A stretch of DNA of 64,000 bases from Anaerolineales bacterium (GCA_026129255.1 JAHCIJ010000002.1:125799-189798), one strand, 5' to 3'; counted from the stretch's first letter, positions 54,136-63,738 are shown. Notes: a model not told the origin generated them from the letters alone. Numbers and translations are program-made.

Positions 54136-54639
54136 TTAGACGGCCGGGGTGTCTCCGCCGCCTTGCCGAGCCTGCATCTCTGCCCGCTTCTCTTCCTGCT
54201 GCTGCATCACGGCACGGATACCGTTGCGCACCTGGTTGAGCACGCGCTCCAGCTCCATCTCCAGGCTGGTCAGCGTCTCGATGACGTAATCATCGGCTTC
54301 CTGGCGAGTGGCTTCGGCGTCTAAGTGCGCTTGCTGCAGGATCTGCTCCGCCTTGCTCTCGGCCGCCGCCACCACCGAATCGCGCTCCACCAGGCCATCG
54401 CTCTTTTCGCGGGCCAGCTGCAGGGTGCGCTGGGCTTCTTCCTGCGCCTGGGCCATGGTGCGGTCGCGCTCAGCGATCAGCTTTTGGGCCTTTTTGACCT
54501 CATCGGGGATCGCCACGCGCATCTGGTCGATCAGGTCCAGCATGCGGTCTTCGTCCACAATGACGTTGTTGGTCAGCGGCAGGGGGCGGCTCTGATTAAA
54601 GAGCTCTTCCAGCTTGTCTACGAGTTGAAGAATGTCCAT
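54136..54639 (-). CDS. hypothetical coiled-coil protein (ATP-synthase-b/DivIVA-like heptads)
   Basis: Start moved to ATG 54639 (MDILQLVDKLEE). Long Ala/Glu/Gln-rich helix. Lies downstream of coaD on the same strand. Confidence 0.65.
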   Translation of the reverse strand: MDILQLVDKLEELFNQSRPLPLTNNVIVDEDRMLDLIDQMRVAIPDEVKKAQKLIAERDRTMAQAQEEAQRTLQLAREKSDGLVERDSVVAAAESKAEQILQQAHLDAEATRQEADDYVIETLTSLEMELERVLNQVRNGIRAVMQQQEEKRAEMQARQGGGDTPAV

Positions 54640-54777
54640 AGAGTTGTGTCTTGCCTTCTTGCCCTTAAGATGCAAGATTTGAGCCTAGCTTATCGGTAAA
54701 TCTCCATTTAGGCAACTTGCAGGGAGAGCCAAATCCTTAATCTAAAGCCATCGGTTAATCAAACCCGGTGATAGCTT

Positions 54778-54821
54778 TGATTAATCGATTGGTTCTGATT
54801 AGTTGATTGGTTTTTGATTAC
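54778..54821. repeat. 8-nt-phased GATT/TTGGT word tract (looser member of the octamer class)
   Basis: attaatcg|attggttc|tgattagt|tgattggt|ttttgatt. Confidence 0.4.
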
Positions 54822-54826
54822 TCGCA

Positions 54827-55354
54827 TCAGTCCCGTAACGGCGTGGCCGGATACTTCGGCTCGCCGTTGGCCGCCATCTCCTCGATGCGGTCGGCCAGAG
54901 CCTGCTTCACATGCGGCGGCACCATGCTACCCACATCGCCGCCCAGCGAGGCCACCTCGCGCACCGTGGTGGACGAGAGGAAGCTGTGCTCCTTGCTGGT
55001 AATCAGCGAGACGGTTTCCAGGTCCGGCGCCAGTTGGCGGTTGGCCAGCGCCATGCGGAACTCGTACTCAAAGTCGGAGAAGACGCGCAGCCCGCGTACG
55101 ATCACCTGGGCGCCGATCTGGCGGCAGTAGTCCACCGTAAGACCGGAGTAGGTAGTGACGGTGATCTTCTTCTCGTCCTTGAAGGTCTCTTTGACCAGCT
55201 CGACACGCGTCTCGGTCGAGAGCAGCAGGTTCTTCTGCGGCAGTTCGTACACCGCCACAATGATCTCGTCGAACAGCTTGCTGGCACGCAGGGCAATGTC
55301 AATATGCCCGTTGTGGATGGGGTCAAAGGTGGCGGGGAACAATGCTCGGATCAT
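54827..55354 (-). CDS. coaD: phosphopantetheine adenylyltransferase
   Basis: FPATFDPIHNGHIDI, and the C-terminal ISSTTVREV. Confidence 0.93.
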   Translation of the reverse strand: MIRALFPATFDPIHNGHIDIALRASKLFDEIIVAVYELPQKNLLLSTETRVELVKETFKDEKKITVTTYSGLTVDYCRQIGAQVIVRGLRVFSDFEYEFRMALANRQLAPDLETVSLITSKEHSFLSSTTVREVASLGGDVGSMVPPHVKQALADRIEEMAANGEPKYPATPLRD

Positions 55355-57939
55355 CAGCTCAAATCTCCCTTGCCATCGCGCGTGTAATGGATCAGCGCGG
55401 CGGCGATTGGTTTGTGTTCTGGCTGGCTGAGCTCGGGGTCAGCCGCCAGCAAGGCTTCCGCCTGGCGGCGCGCCTTGTCGATCAATCGTGTATCCGTCAG
55501 CAGCGTGAGCTGCAGGTCGCCAAAGCCGGCCTGCGCCATGCCCATGAACTGGCCGGGGCCGCGCTGCTGCAGATCGATCTCGGCCAGCTTGAAGCCGTCA
55601 TGCGTACGCGCCAACGCCGTCAGGCGCCCGTTCTCCATGGTGTCCGCGCTGTCGGGCACCAGGATGCAGTAGGCCTGGTCGCTACCGCGGCCCACGCGGC
55701 CGCGCAGCTGGTGCAGCTGCGCCAGGCCGAAGCGGTTGGCGCCTTCGATCAGCATCACCGTGGCGTTGGGCACATCCACGCCCACCTCGATCACCGTAGT
55801 GGAGACCAGCACATCGATCTGGCGGTCACGGAAGGCGCTCATCACGGCGTCCTTCTCGTCAGCGCTCATGCGGCCGTGCAACAAGCCTAATTTTAGTTGC
55901 GGAAAGACTTCTTTGCTCAGCCGGGCGTGCTCGGCTACCGCAGCTTTGGCGTGTGAGTTCTCGTTCTCTTCGATCAGCGGGTAGATGATGAAAGCCTGCC
56001 GCCCGGCCGCAGCCTCTTTGCGGATGTAGTTGTAGGCGCGCTCGATCTCGCGCGGCGCCAGCACATGTGTGCTCACTTCCTGGCGGCCCGGCGGCAGCTC
56101 GCCGATCACGCTCACGTCCAGATCGCCATACAGCGTGAGCGCCAACGAACGCGGAATGGGTGTGGCGCTCATCACCAGCAGGTGCGGGTTCGCGCCCTTG
56201 TTGCGCAGGGCGGCGCGCTGGCCCACGCCGAAACGGTGTTGCTCATCGATGACGATGAGCTCCAGCGCGTCGAACACCACCGGGTCTTCGATCAACGTAT
56301 GCGTGCCGATGATGAGCTTGATGCTGCCATCTGCCAGCCCGGCCTTGATCTCGTCTTTCTCGGCCTTGCTGGTGGCGCCGATCATCAGGCGTATCAGTGG
56401 GCCGCCTTCGCTGGCCAGCAGCTTGCTCAGGCTGGCGTAGTGCTGCTCCGCCAGGATGCTGGTGGGCGCCATGATGGCTGCCTGGGCGCTGTGCGCCGCC
56501 ACCAGCGCCGCGCACAGCGCCGCCACCACCGTCTTGCCGGAGCCGACATCGCCTTGTAGCAAGCGGTTCATCGGGCGGCCGGAAGCCATATCCGCCAGCA
56601 GGTCGGCCAGGGCGGTGTGCTGTGCCGCGGTGAGCGCAAACGGCAGGCGTGCCGTCTGCGCTTCCAGCCAGCCGGCGGCCGGAGCAAACTGGCGGGCGCG
56701 CTCGCCCTGCCAGATGCGCTTTTGGATGAGCACCGCCAGCTGCAGCAGGAACAGCTCGTTGAACGCCAGACGCAGCTTGGCCGCCTCCAGCTGCTCTTGC
56801 GAATCCGGAAAGTGCGCTTGCTGCAGCGCATCGGCGTAGGGCAGCAGGCCAGCGCTGGCTAGCAGGTCGGCAGGTAGCATGTCGGGCAGGCGCGGCGCCC
56901 AGTAGCTCACCACTTTCTTCATCAGGCCGCGCAGCCAGCGCTGGCGGATGTCTGCGGTGAGCGGATACACCGGCACGATGCGGTTGGTGTGCTGCGTATC
57001 CGCGGCGGCTTCCTCATCCTCCACCAGCTCCCATTCCGGGCTGTTGAGCGTCAGGCGGCCCAGGTACTGGTCGATCTTGCCTGAGAGCACCACCTCATCG
57101 CCCTCGCGGAAATTCTTGTACATCCACGGCTGGTTGAACCAGATGGCACGCAGCGCCGCCGTGCCGTCATCCACCACGATCTCAAAGACTTGCTTGCCAC
57201 CGTGCGGCCGCCCGTGGCGGCTCTTGCTCTTCACCGTGCCGATCACTGTCACCACTTGCTCATAGCGCAGTTCACGGATGGGCAGCAGCTGGCTATAGTC
57301 ATCATAGCGGCGCGGAAAGTGATACAGCATGTCGCCCAAGGTGTAGATGCCCAGTTTTTCGAGCCGCTCGGCGTTCACCGGGCCGACGCCGGTCAGCACG
57401 GTGGTGCTGGCCTCCAGGGCGGCCGGTTCGCCCTCGATCTTGGCGCGCCGTGCCGCGGGTTTGCTGCGTCGGGCGGCCGGTTTGGGTGCAGGCGCATCCA
57501 CCGCCTTTGCGGGCAGGGCTTTACTTTGTGCCCTTTGTGTCTTTGTGGTTCGTGCTTTAGCCGGCGTGGTTTTGGCCGCAGGAGTGTCTGTCTGCTTTTC
57601 TGAGGCAGTGTTTCTTTGTGTGCTTTGTGTCTTTGTGGTTGTTGTTGTTCTTTGGCTTGTGGTCTTTTTGGCAGCCACCCGGCGGGGCGCTGGCTTACCC
57701 TGCGCAATTGCCCAGGCTGCCTTCAGCGCCGCAGCGCGCTGTGCGGGCTCCAGCACGTCATAGTTCTTGAGCTGCTGGGTCAGCGCCGCCACCAAGGCTT
57801 CGTCCAACCCTTCGGCGCGGGCATTGCTAGCCCACAGGGGCAGCATCTTTTCCAGCCCGCCCAGCACGGCACGGTTGTCGTAGCCGCGCTCGGCCTCGAG
57901 ACGGAAATACTTCCTCAGGGTGCTGAGGGCAGGGTGCAT
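55354..57939 (-). CDS. recG: ATP-dependent DNA helicase RecG with a ~215-aa N-terminal extension
   Basis: Wedge domain; helicase motifs GDVGSGKT, DEQHRFG, MSATPIPR, and GRVGRG. The N-terminus holds a conserved-looking ~85-aa module plus a Thr/Lys/Ala-rich basic linker. Confidence 0.92.
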   Translation of the reverse strand: MHPALSTLRKYFRLEAERGYDNRAVLGGLEKMLPLWASNARAEGLDEALVAALTQQLKNYDVLEPAQRAAALKAAWAIAQGKPAPRRVAAKKTTSQRTTTTTKTQSTQRNTASEKQTDTPAAKTTPAKARTTKTQRAQSKALPAKAVDAPAPKPAARRSKPAARRAKIEGEPAALEASTTVLTGVGPVNAERLEKLGIYTLGDMLYHFPRRYDDYSQLLPIRELRYEQVVTVIGTVKSKSRHGRPHGGKQVFEIVVDDGTAALRAIWFNQPWMYKNFREGDEVVLSGKIDQYLGRLTLNSPEWELVEDEEAAADTQHTNRIVPVYPLTADIRQRWLRGLMKKVVSYWAPRLPDMLPADLLASAGLLPYADALQQAHFPDSQEQLEAAKLRLAFNELFLLQLAVLIQKRIWQGERARQFAPAAGWLEAQTARLPFALTAAQHTALADLLADMASGRPMNRLLQGDVGSGKTVVAALCAALVAAHSAQAAIMAPTSILAEQHYASLSKLLASEGGPLIRLMIGATSKAEKDEIKAGLADGSIKLIIGTHTLIEDPVVFDALELIVIDEQHRFGVGQRAALRNKGANPHLLVMSATPIPRSLALTLYGDLDVSVIGELPPGRQEVSTHVLAPREIERAYNYIRKEAAAGRQAFIIYPLIEENENSHAKAAVAEHARLSKEVFPQLKLGLLHGRMSADEKDAVMSAFRDRQIDVLVSTTVIEVGVDVPNATVMLIEGANRFGLAQLHQLRGRVGRGSDQAYCILVPDSADTMENGRLTALARTHDGFKLAEIDLQQRGPGQFMGMAQAGFGDLQLTLLTDTRLIDKARRQAEALLAADPELSQPEHKPIAAALIHYTRDGKGDLS

Positions 57940-57963
57940 GCTGCGATTTTATCAGTGGGAGGT

Positions 57964-58803
57964 TCAGGCCAGGATCGTGAACAGGCCCAGCGAGTGCGGG
58001 CCTACATAGCTGGCCAGCGGCGCATTGATGGTCTGCTCGCTGATCGGCGTGGTAAAGCCTTCTTCGGCCAGGCGTTCGCGCAGGGCACGCGTCTCGGCCT
58101 CAAACGCTGGCGAGCCTTGCAGCAGGGCGATGTGCTGTAGCTGGGTGAACTCAGACAAGAATTCGTACATCACATCCACAAGTTGGCGTGTGTTGCGCGC
58201 TTTCTGCGTGGGCACCAGCTGGCCGTTGTCCAGCGTGAAGACTTGCAGGATCTCCAAATATTCGCCCACCACCGCCTGGCTGTGGTTCACTTGGCCGCTG
58301 CGCTCCAGGTAGCTTAGCCCTGGCACGCACAGCATGCCAAACAAGCGCGGCAGCAGCCCGCGCACATACAGTTCCAGCTCCGCCAGCGCCATACCCTCGG
58401 CGCTGGCTTGCGCCGCGGCCTGCACCACCAGGCCCAACCCCAGCGAGATGTTGAGGCTGTCCACTACGCGCACGGCGACTTTGCCATGCACGCTGCCTGA
58501 GGCGGCCTGGGCTTCTTCTTCGATCTTACTGAAGTGATTGGAATGCAGCACTACCAACACCCCATCGTGGTTTGGCCCCAGTTGGCGATATAGTGCTTCA
58601 AAGTCGGCGGCGCGCGGCGGCAGCAAGCGCGGCGTCTCTCCTGCCCCGCGCAGGGCGGGCGGGAAGTCGCTGGCCTTCAGGCGCTCCACGCCAGCGGGCA
58701 GCGCAGGCTGCCAGCCCGGCGAGAGGATGTGCACCAACTCCCGCCCGGGGAAGACCGGGCTGGGGAAGGAGACGGTGCTGTCAGTGATGATGGCGACGGG
58801 CAT
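57964..58803 (-). CDS. DegV family fatty-acid-binding protein
   Basis: VAIITDST...; DegV length and layout. Lies next to the DAK2 gene. Confidence 0.85.
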   Translation of the reverse strand: MPVAIITDSTVSFPSPVFPGRELVHILSPGWQPALPAGVERLKASDFPPALRGAGETPRLLPPRAADFEALYRQLGPNHDGVLVVLHSNHFSKIEEEAQAASGSVHGKVAVRVVDSLNISLGLGLVVQAAAQASAEGMALAELELYVRGLLPRLFGMLCVPGLSYLERSGQVNHSQAVVGEYLEILQVFTLDNGQLVPTQKARNTRQLVDVMYEFLSEFTQLQHIALLQGSPAFEAETRALRERLAEEGFTTPISEQTINAPLASYVGPHSLGLFTILA

Positions 58804-58817
58804 GCCAGGGGTGTGGT

Positions 58818-60506
58818 CTATTCCACCGCGAAGATGAACTGATAGTGGGGCTGCCCGCCGTGCTGCACTTCAATTTCCTGGTCGGGGTACGTCTGGCGGA
58901 TGGTGTTGGCAACCGACTCGGCCACCTGTGCCTCTACTTCTTCGCCGTAATAGATGGAAAGCACTTCCATGCTCTCGAATTGCATCTCTTTGAGCAGCTC
59001 CAGACTGGCTTCTTCAACATCGCCTGCAGCCACTTTGAGCTTGCCATTGTGCAGGCCAATGATCTGGCCGTCTTTCACTTTTACGCCGTCGATCTCCACG
59101 CTGCGTGTGGCCGTGGTGACTTCGCCAGTCTGCACCTTGGCCAGCGCCTTGCCCATCGCTTCGCTCACCGCTTCCAGCTCGCCCTTGGGGTCCCACACCA
59201 ACATCGCTGCAATGCCTTGCGGTACGGTGGTCGTAGGCAGCACCACAGCCTGCTTCACCGTGAGCTCGGCGGCTGATTGCGCTGCCAGGGCGATGTTCTT
59301 GTTGTTGGGCAGGATGATGACCTTGTCGGTCGGCAGGTTCTCAAAAGACTTGAGGATGTCTGCCGTGCTGGGGTTCATGGTTTGGCCACCTTCAATGATC
59401 GCCGCCACGCCCAGGTCGGCAAAGTGGCGCGCGATCCCCGCACCGGGGGCGACGGCCACCACGGCCACCTGTCCGGCGGCGATGGGCCGCACGGTGTACT
59501 CGCCGCGGCCTTTGGCCTGGGCAGTGATGTCATCCATCTGCGCCATCAGGTTCTCGATGGCCACATTGGTGACCGTGCCGAGACCCATGATGTAGTCGAT
59601 GGGTTCGTAGCGTTTCTCAGTGGGCACGTGGATGTGCATGCGGAACATGCCTTCGCCTTCGCCTACCTGGATCGAGGTGCCCATCTTCTCCAGCTCGGCG
59701 TAGAACTCCTGCAGGGCCAGCTCGCCATTGGGGCGGAAGTCCACCACGACCTCATAATCCTGGCCCTCTTCCACCGCTTCCAACGAGCTCTCCAGATTCA
59801 ACGCCGCGATCGGGGCAATGATGCTTTCGGCGTTGCGCACTTGCTGGCCGCGCACCCAGCGCAGCATGCCTTCGATCAGGAAGTACAGCCCTTTGCCGCC
59901 CGAGTCCACGACGCCGGCTTCTTTGAGGATGGGCAGCAACTCTGGCGTGTGGCGCACGGAGGCGTCTGCCGCCTTCAGCACAGCTTCCAGCAGTTGGATC
60001 GGGTCATGCATGCCACTGGCAATGGCTTCTTCGGCGGCGGCGGCCATGTCCTTGGACACAGTGAGGATCGTGCCTTCCACCGGGCGCACGACGCCTTTGT
60101 AAGCCGTATCGCGCGATTCGCTGAAGCCGCGCGCCAGATCCTCGGCGGTGAGCAGGTCCTTGCCTTCGGCGGCGCGCGCAAAGCCGCGCCACAGCTGCGA
60201 AAGGATCACGCCCGAGTTGCCGCGTGCCCCCATGAGGGCACCGCGAGCAATGGCTTCCAGAACCTTGCCAGCCTTTTGCTCGGTGGTCTTGTGCATTTCT
60301 TCAATAGCCGAGCGCATCGTCAGCACCATGTTGGTGCCGGTGTCGCCATCCGGCACAGGGAACACATTAAGCGCGTTGACGGATTGCTTGTTAGCTTCCA
60401 ACCAGCCAAAGCCTGCCTGGGCGAGGCTGCGCACGCCGTTGCCGTCTACGGGACGCTGCTGCAGAATGCTGGCGCGGTGGGCGCGTTCTTGCGAGAGTTC
60501 TGACAT
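58818..60506 (-). CDS. DAK2 domain fusion protein YloV
   Basis: LNVFPVPDGDTGTNM, GARGNSGVILSQ, and the C-terminal DhaL-associated domain. Confidence 0.9.
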   Translation of the reverse strand: MSELSQERAHRASILQQRPVDGNGVRSLAQAGFGWLEANKQSVNALNVFPVPDGDTGTNMVLTMRSAIEEMHKTTEQKAGKVLEAIARGALMGARGNSGVILSQLWRGFARAAEGKDLLTAEDLARGFSESRDTAYKGVVRPVEGTILTVSKDMAAAAEEAIASGMHDPIQLLEAVLKAADASVRHTPELLPILKEAGVVDSGGKGLYFLIEGMLRWVRGQQVRNAESIIAPIAALNLESSLEAVEEGQDYEVVVDFRPNGELALQEFYAELEKMGTSIQVGEGEGMFRMHIHVPTEKRYEPIDYIMGLGTVTNVAIENLMAQMDDITAQAKGRGEYTVRPIAAGQVAVVAVAPGAGIARHFADLGVAAIIEGGQTMNPSTADILKSFENLPTDKVIILPNNKNIALAAQSAAELTVKQAVVLPTTTVPQGIAAMLVWDPKGELEAVSEAMGKALAKVQTGEVTTATRSVEIDGVKVKDGQIIGLHNGKLKVAAGDVEEASLELLKEMQFESMEVLSIYYGEEVEAQVAESVANTIRQTYPDQEIEVQHGGQPHYQFIFAVE

Positions 60507-60534
60507 GATGTGTTCCTGCTTCTTTGCTGGATTT

Positions 60535-60888
60535 TTAGTCTGCGCTGATGCGCAGCCCTTGGATATGTACGTTGACGTGTTGGATCGGCAGACCTAGAGC
60601 CTTCTCTACGTTGAAGCGCACGCTCTGTGCTACGCTGGCAGCAATGGTCTTGATGTTGGTGCCGTATTCCACCACAATATAAATGTCGATCTGGATGGCG
60701 CCGTCTTCATAGCTCACTTCAATGCCGTGGGTAGGGTCTTTGACAATGAAGTGGCTGACACCATCCATGAAGTTCTTAGCAGCCAGCCCCACCACACCGT
60801 AAGATTGCACAGCGGCCTGGTAGGCAATCGTGGCAATCGCGCGGGGCGATACATGTATGCTGCCGTGAGGGGCGTCGTTTGCAGTCAT
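60535..60888 (-). CDS. Asp23/Gls24 family envelope stress response protein
   Basis: IA..A...YGVVGL......V.......I.I.IY..V.YG..I......V......E.. pattern, 117 aa. Confidence 0.88.
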   Translation of the reverse strand: MTANDAPHGSIHVSPRAIATIAYQAAVQSYGVVGLAAKNFMDGVSHFIVKDPTHGIEVSYEDGAIQIDIYIVVEYGTNIKTIAASVAQSVRFNVEKALGLPIQHVNVHIQGLRISAD

Positions 60889-60896
60889 GGCTTGTC

Positions 60897-61574
60897 CTAA
60901 TTCTGGGATACCAGCTGGGCGTTGCGCAGGGCGCGCACGCCTGCCGCGATCCCTTGGGGGTGGGCGAACACTGCATTCCCGGCCACAAAGGCCGAGCCCC
61001 CCGCAGCAAAGGCGGCCGGCAGGGTGCTGGCATCGATGCCGCCGTCCAGTTCGATCAGCGTGTCCAGGCCAGCCGCCTCGATGGCTTCATGCAGGATACG
61101 GATCTTGGCCAGGCTCTCGGGGATAAAGGCCTGGCCTGAGCGGCCCGGGTTGACACTCATCACCAGCACAATGTCGGCTTCGGCCAGGTAAGGTAGCACG
61201 CGCTCCACGGGGGTGGGCGGGTTGAGCGCCAGGCCAGCTTTGCAGCCCAGGGCGCGGATGGCCCGCAGGCTGGCCGCCGGGTCTGGGCTGGCTTCTACAT
61301 GAATGTGGATGTGGTCGGCGCCTGCCTCGGCGAAAGAGGCCAGCATGCCATCCGGCGCCTCGACCATCAGATGCACATCCAGCGGCAGCTGGCTGTGCGT
61401 GCGGCACACCTGGGTGACGATCTGCCCCATGGTAATGGGCGGCACAAAGTGCCCGTCCATGACGTCAATATGCAGCCAATCAGCCCCGGCCTGCTCGGCC
61501 AAGGCGATCTGCTCGGCCAGATGGCCAAAATCTGCACTGAGGATTGAGGGAGCGATAAGTGGCTTCGAAGCCAT
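60897..61574 (-). CDS. rpe: ribulose-phosphate 3-epimerase
   Basis: IAPSILSADF, HIDVMDGHFVP, DVHLMV, VMSVNPG..GQ.F, and DGGI. Confidence 0.93.
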   Translation of the reverse strand: MASKPLIAPSILSADFGHLAEQIALAEQAGADWLHIDVMDGHFVPPITMGQIVTQVCRTHSQLPLDVHLMVEAPDGMLASFAEAGADHIHIHVEASPDPAASLRAIRALGCKAGLALNPPTPVERVLPYLAEADIVLVMSVNPGRSGQAFIPESLAKIRILHEAIEAAGLDTLIELDGGIDASTLPAAFAAGGSAFVAGNAVFAHPQGIAAGVRALRNAQLVSQN

Positions 61575-61630
61575 CCGAAAATTATAACTGAGACGGCGGT
61601 TGGCCCTGTGAGACCCATTTTGTGTCGGGT

Positions 61631-61700
61631 CAACTGGTCGGCTGGTCGGTTGGTCAATGGAGTGGATGGGTGGGACTAGCCGACCAAACGACGTCTAGAC
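61631..61700. repeat. 8-nt-phased CTGGTCG/TTGGTC word tract forming an imperfect palindrome
   Basis: caactggt|cggctggt|cggttggt|caatggag|tggatggg|tgggacta|gccgacca|aacgacgt|ctagac. Lies in the divergent rpe / padR gap. Confidence 0.65.
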
Positions 61701-61717
61701 TTCCTCTTTCCTCTCCC

Positions 61718-61746
61718 TTGACATATATATCCGTAACAGATATATT
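61718..61746 (+). promoter_or_regulatory. promoter of the padR operon; predicted leaderless transcript
   Basis: TTGACA (61718-61723), a 17-nt spacer, then TATATT (61741-61746). ATG 61754 is 7-8 nt after the -10 box with no SD. An AT-rich dyad ATATATAT..ATATAT overlaps the spacer and is a possible PadR operator. Confidence 0.65.
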
Positions 61747-61753
61747 CTGCGAC

Positions 61754-62098
61754 ATGACAGACAAGCGCACCCCGCCACTCACCCCCGCCGTGTTACACAT
61801 ACTCATTGCGCTCTCTGCGGGTGAGCTGCATGGCTATGCCATCATGAAGCAAGTACAACAGGATTCGGATGGGGAGGTTTCCATGGGTCCTGGAACCCTG
61901 TACGGCTCGCTGAACCGCATGATGGCCGCTGGCCTGGTGGCCGAGAGCGCCAAGCGCTCCGCCCCCGAGCTGGACGATGCGCGCCGCATCTACTATCGCA
62001 TCACTCCCCAAGGCAAAGCCGCGCTGGACGCAGAGCTGCAGCGCCTGGAGCAGGTGGTGGCGGTTGCCCGCCAGCGCAAAACGGGGTTGGCTTCGTGA
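61754..62098 (+). CDS. PadR family transcriptional regulator
   Basis: Start moved to ATG 61754. L.ILIALS.GELHGYAIMK.V.......V..GPGTLYGSLNRM...GL winged helix. Confidence 0.88.
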   Translation: MTDKRTPPLTPAVLHILIALSAGELHGYAIMKQVQQDSDGEVSMGPGTLYGSLNRMMAAGLVAESAKRSAPELDDARRIYYRITPQGKAALDAELQRLEQVVAVARQRKTGLAS

Positions 62099-62613
62099 AG
62101 GCGCGCCAACGGGCGATCTATGCCTGGCTGATCGCGCGCTTCCCGGCGGCCTACAGAGCGCGGGTGGGGCAGAGCATGCTGGACACGTTTGATGACTTGC
62201 TTGAACGTGAGCAGGCGTCTCTGTTCAACCTGTATGCAGATGCCTGTCTGCATCTACTAAAGGAGAACTTGATGCAAACCAATCTTCGATTCGTAATTGT
62301 CGCCATCCTGGCGCTGTTGTGTGGTTTTGTACCGCGTGCGCTCGGTCTGCAGGTGCCCGGTTCGGTGTACGTCGTGTGGGGCGTGCTGGCCCTCCTGATC
62401 GGCGCTGCCCAGTCGGATATCCGTACGATGCTTGTGAGCGGCGGCCTGTTCGGCATGCTGCTGGCGCTTAGCTTGCTGGCGCCTGGCATGGCTAGCGCAC
62501 CGGATACGCTCGGCTATGTTGCCATGCTGGTGTTTGTAAGCCTGGCGGCGGTAGGCGCCGGCATCCTGGCGGGCGCGGCGGGTTTTTGGGCAAGAAATCG
62601 GCTAATTAGCTGA
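62095..62613 (+). CDS. hypothetical membrane protein co-transcribed with padR
   Basis: GTG start overlaps the padR stop (GTGA). Cytoplasmic helical N-terminus, then 3-4 TM segments. Confidence 0.65.
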   Translation: MKARQRAIYAWLIARFPAAYRARVGQSMLDTFDDLLEREQASLFNLYADACLHLLKENLMQTNLRFVIVAILALLCGFVPRALGLQVPGSVYVVWGVLALLIGAAQSDIRTMLVSGGLFGMLLALSLLAPGMASAPDTLGYVAMLVFVSLAAVGAGILAGAAGFWARNRLIS

Positions 62614-62622
62614 TCTGACAGT

Positions 62623-62686
62623 CAGTTGGTCGCTTAGTCATTGCTTTAGTTGACTAGATGACCAATTGACCAGTTGACCAGTTGTT
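62623..62686. repeat. 8-nt-phased TTGGTCG/TTGACCA word tract forming an imperfect palindrome
   Basis: cagttggt|cgcttagt|cattgctt|tagttgac|tagatgac|caattgac|cagttgac|cagttgtt. Lies between convergent genes and touches the kinase stop codon. Confidence 0.65.
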
Positions 62687-63701
62687 AGTTTATCGGGGGG
62701 TTATAGACCAAATACACCCACATCCAGAACGGCAGCAGGCCGCCCACTGTCAAGGCGGCCAGCAGGCCCAGCGCCACAGCTACCCAATCGGTCTTGCTGT
62801 CTGCCGGGTTGGCCGTGGCCGGCTCGGCGGCGGGCAGGCTGATCGTCGGTGCATCCTGCGCCTGCTCCGCGGCAATCTGCGGGGCGGCGAAGGTGAGCAG
62901 CACGCGGCCCAGCTGGTCTGCCGCACGGTAGCGCGCCGAGGGTTCCTTGGAGAGCACTTTGAGCAGGATCTCGTTCAGCGCGGGCGGGATGTTGGGGTTG
63001 AGCTGGTTGGGCGGCAGCGGCTGCTCATAACGGTGCTGCTGGCCCAACTCGGCAGGGCTCTTGCTGGTGAAGGGCAATTGCCCTGTGAACATCAGGTACA
63101 TGATCACGCCCATGCTATATACATCCGACGCGGGCGAGGGGGCGCTGCCCGCCGCCTGCTCGGGCGAGAAGTATTGCGGCGAGCCCCACACGACCTCTTG
63201 CTCTTCGCTGGGGTTGATCGAGGCCAGCGCCCGCGCAATGCCAAAGTCAGTCACTTTGACGCGGCCGTCCGGCGTCACCAGGAAGTTGTGCGGCTTGATG
63301 TCGCAGTGCACCAGCCCGGCCCGGTGGGCATAGCCCAACCCTTTGCAGGCCTGGATCACCAGAGGAATGCCCTCTTCCAGCGAATAGATGCGTTTCTGCT
63401 TGATGAGTGTGTTGAGGTCGGTGCCGGGCACATACTCCATCACGATGAAGAGATGCTCCTCATCGTAGCCAAAGTCATACACGGTGACGATATTGCTGTG
63501 GCTGAGGTTGGCGGCTGCCTTGGCCTCCTGGCGGAAGCGCTCGCGGAAACCGGCGTCCTTGGAATACTCCTCGCGCAGCACCTTGATGGCTACGTCACGC
63601 TCCAGCATCAGGTCGCGGCCGCGGTACACACTGGCCATACCGCCTTTCTCCAGGAAGTCCTGCAGTTGGTAACGCTTGTTGAGTAGCATTTTTTCGGCCA
63701 T
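62685..63701 (-). CDS. Ser/Thr protein kinase (Hanks type) with C-terminal TM anchor and no extracellular domain
   Basis: GGMASVY, VAIKVL, HRAGLVHCDIKPHNFLV, DFGIA, and SPEQ. TM segment VAVALGLLAALTVGGLL near the C-terminus. Confidence 0.9.
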   Translation of the reverse strand: MAEKMLLNKRYQLQDFLEKGGMASVYRGRDLMLERDVAIKVLREEYSKDAGFRERFRQEAKAAANLSHSNIVTVYDFGYDEEHLFIVMEYVPGTDLNTLIKQKRIYSLEEGIPLVIQACKGLGYAHRAGLVHCDIKPHNFLVTPDGRVKVTDFGIARALASINPSEEQEVVWGSPQYFSPEQAAGSAPSPASDVYSMGVIMYLMFTGQLPFTSKSPAELGQQHRYEQPLPPNQLNPNIPPALNEILLKVLSKEPSARYRAADQLGRVLLTFAAPQIAAEQAQDAPTISLPAAEPATANPADSKTDWVAVALGLLAALTVGGLLPFWMWVYLVYNPPIN

Positions 63702-63738
63702 AGCAGGCTGATTCTATCGTATGGCCTGCCTTTCCTCA

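Noticed and set aside
57530-57660. Direct DNA repeats (GCTTTGTGTCTTTGTGGTT) that might be a non-coding repeat element
   Set aside because: They lie inside the recG reading frame and encode the Thr/Lys-rich low-complexity linker (TKTQ repeats). They are coding microduplications rather than an independent element.
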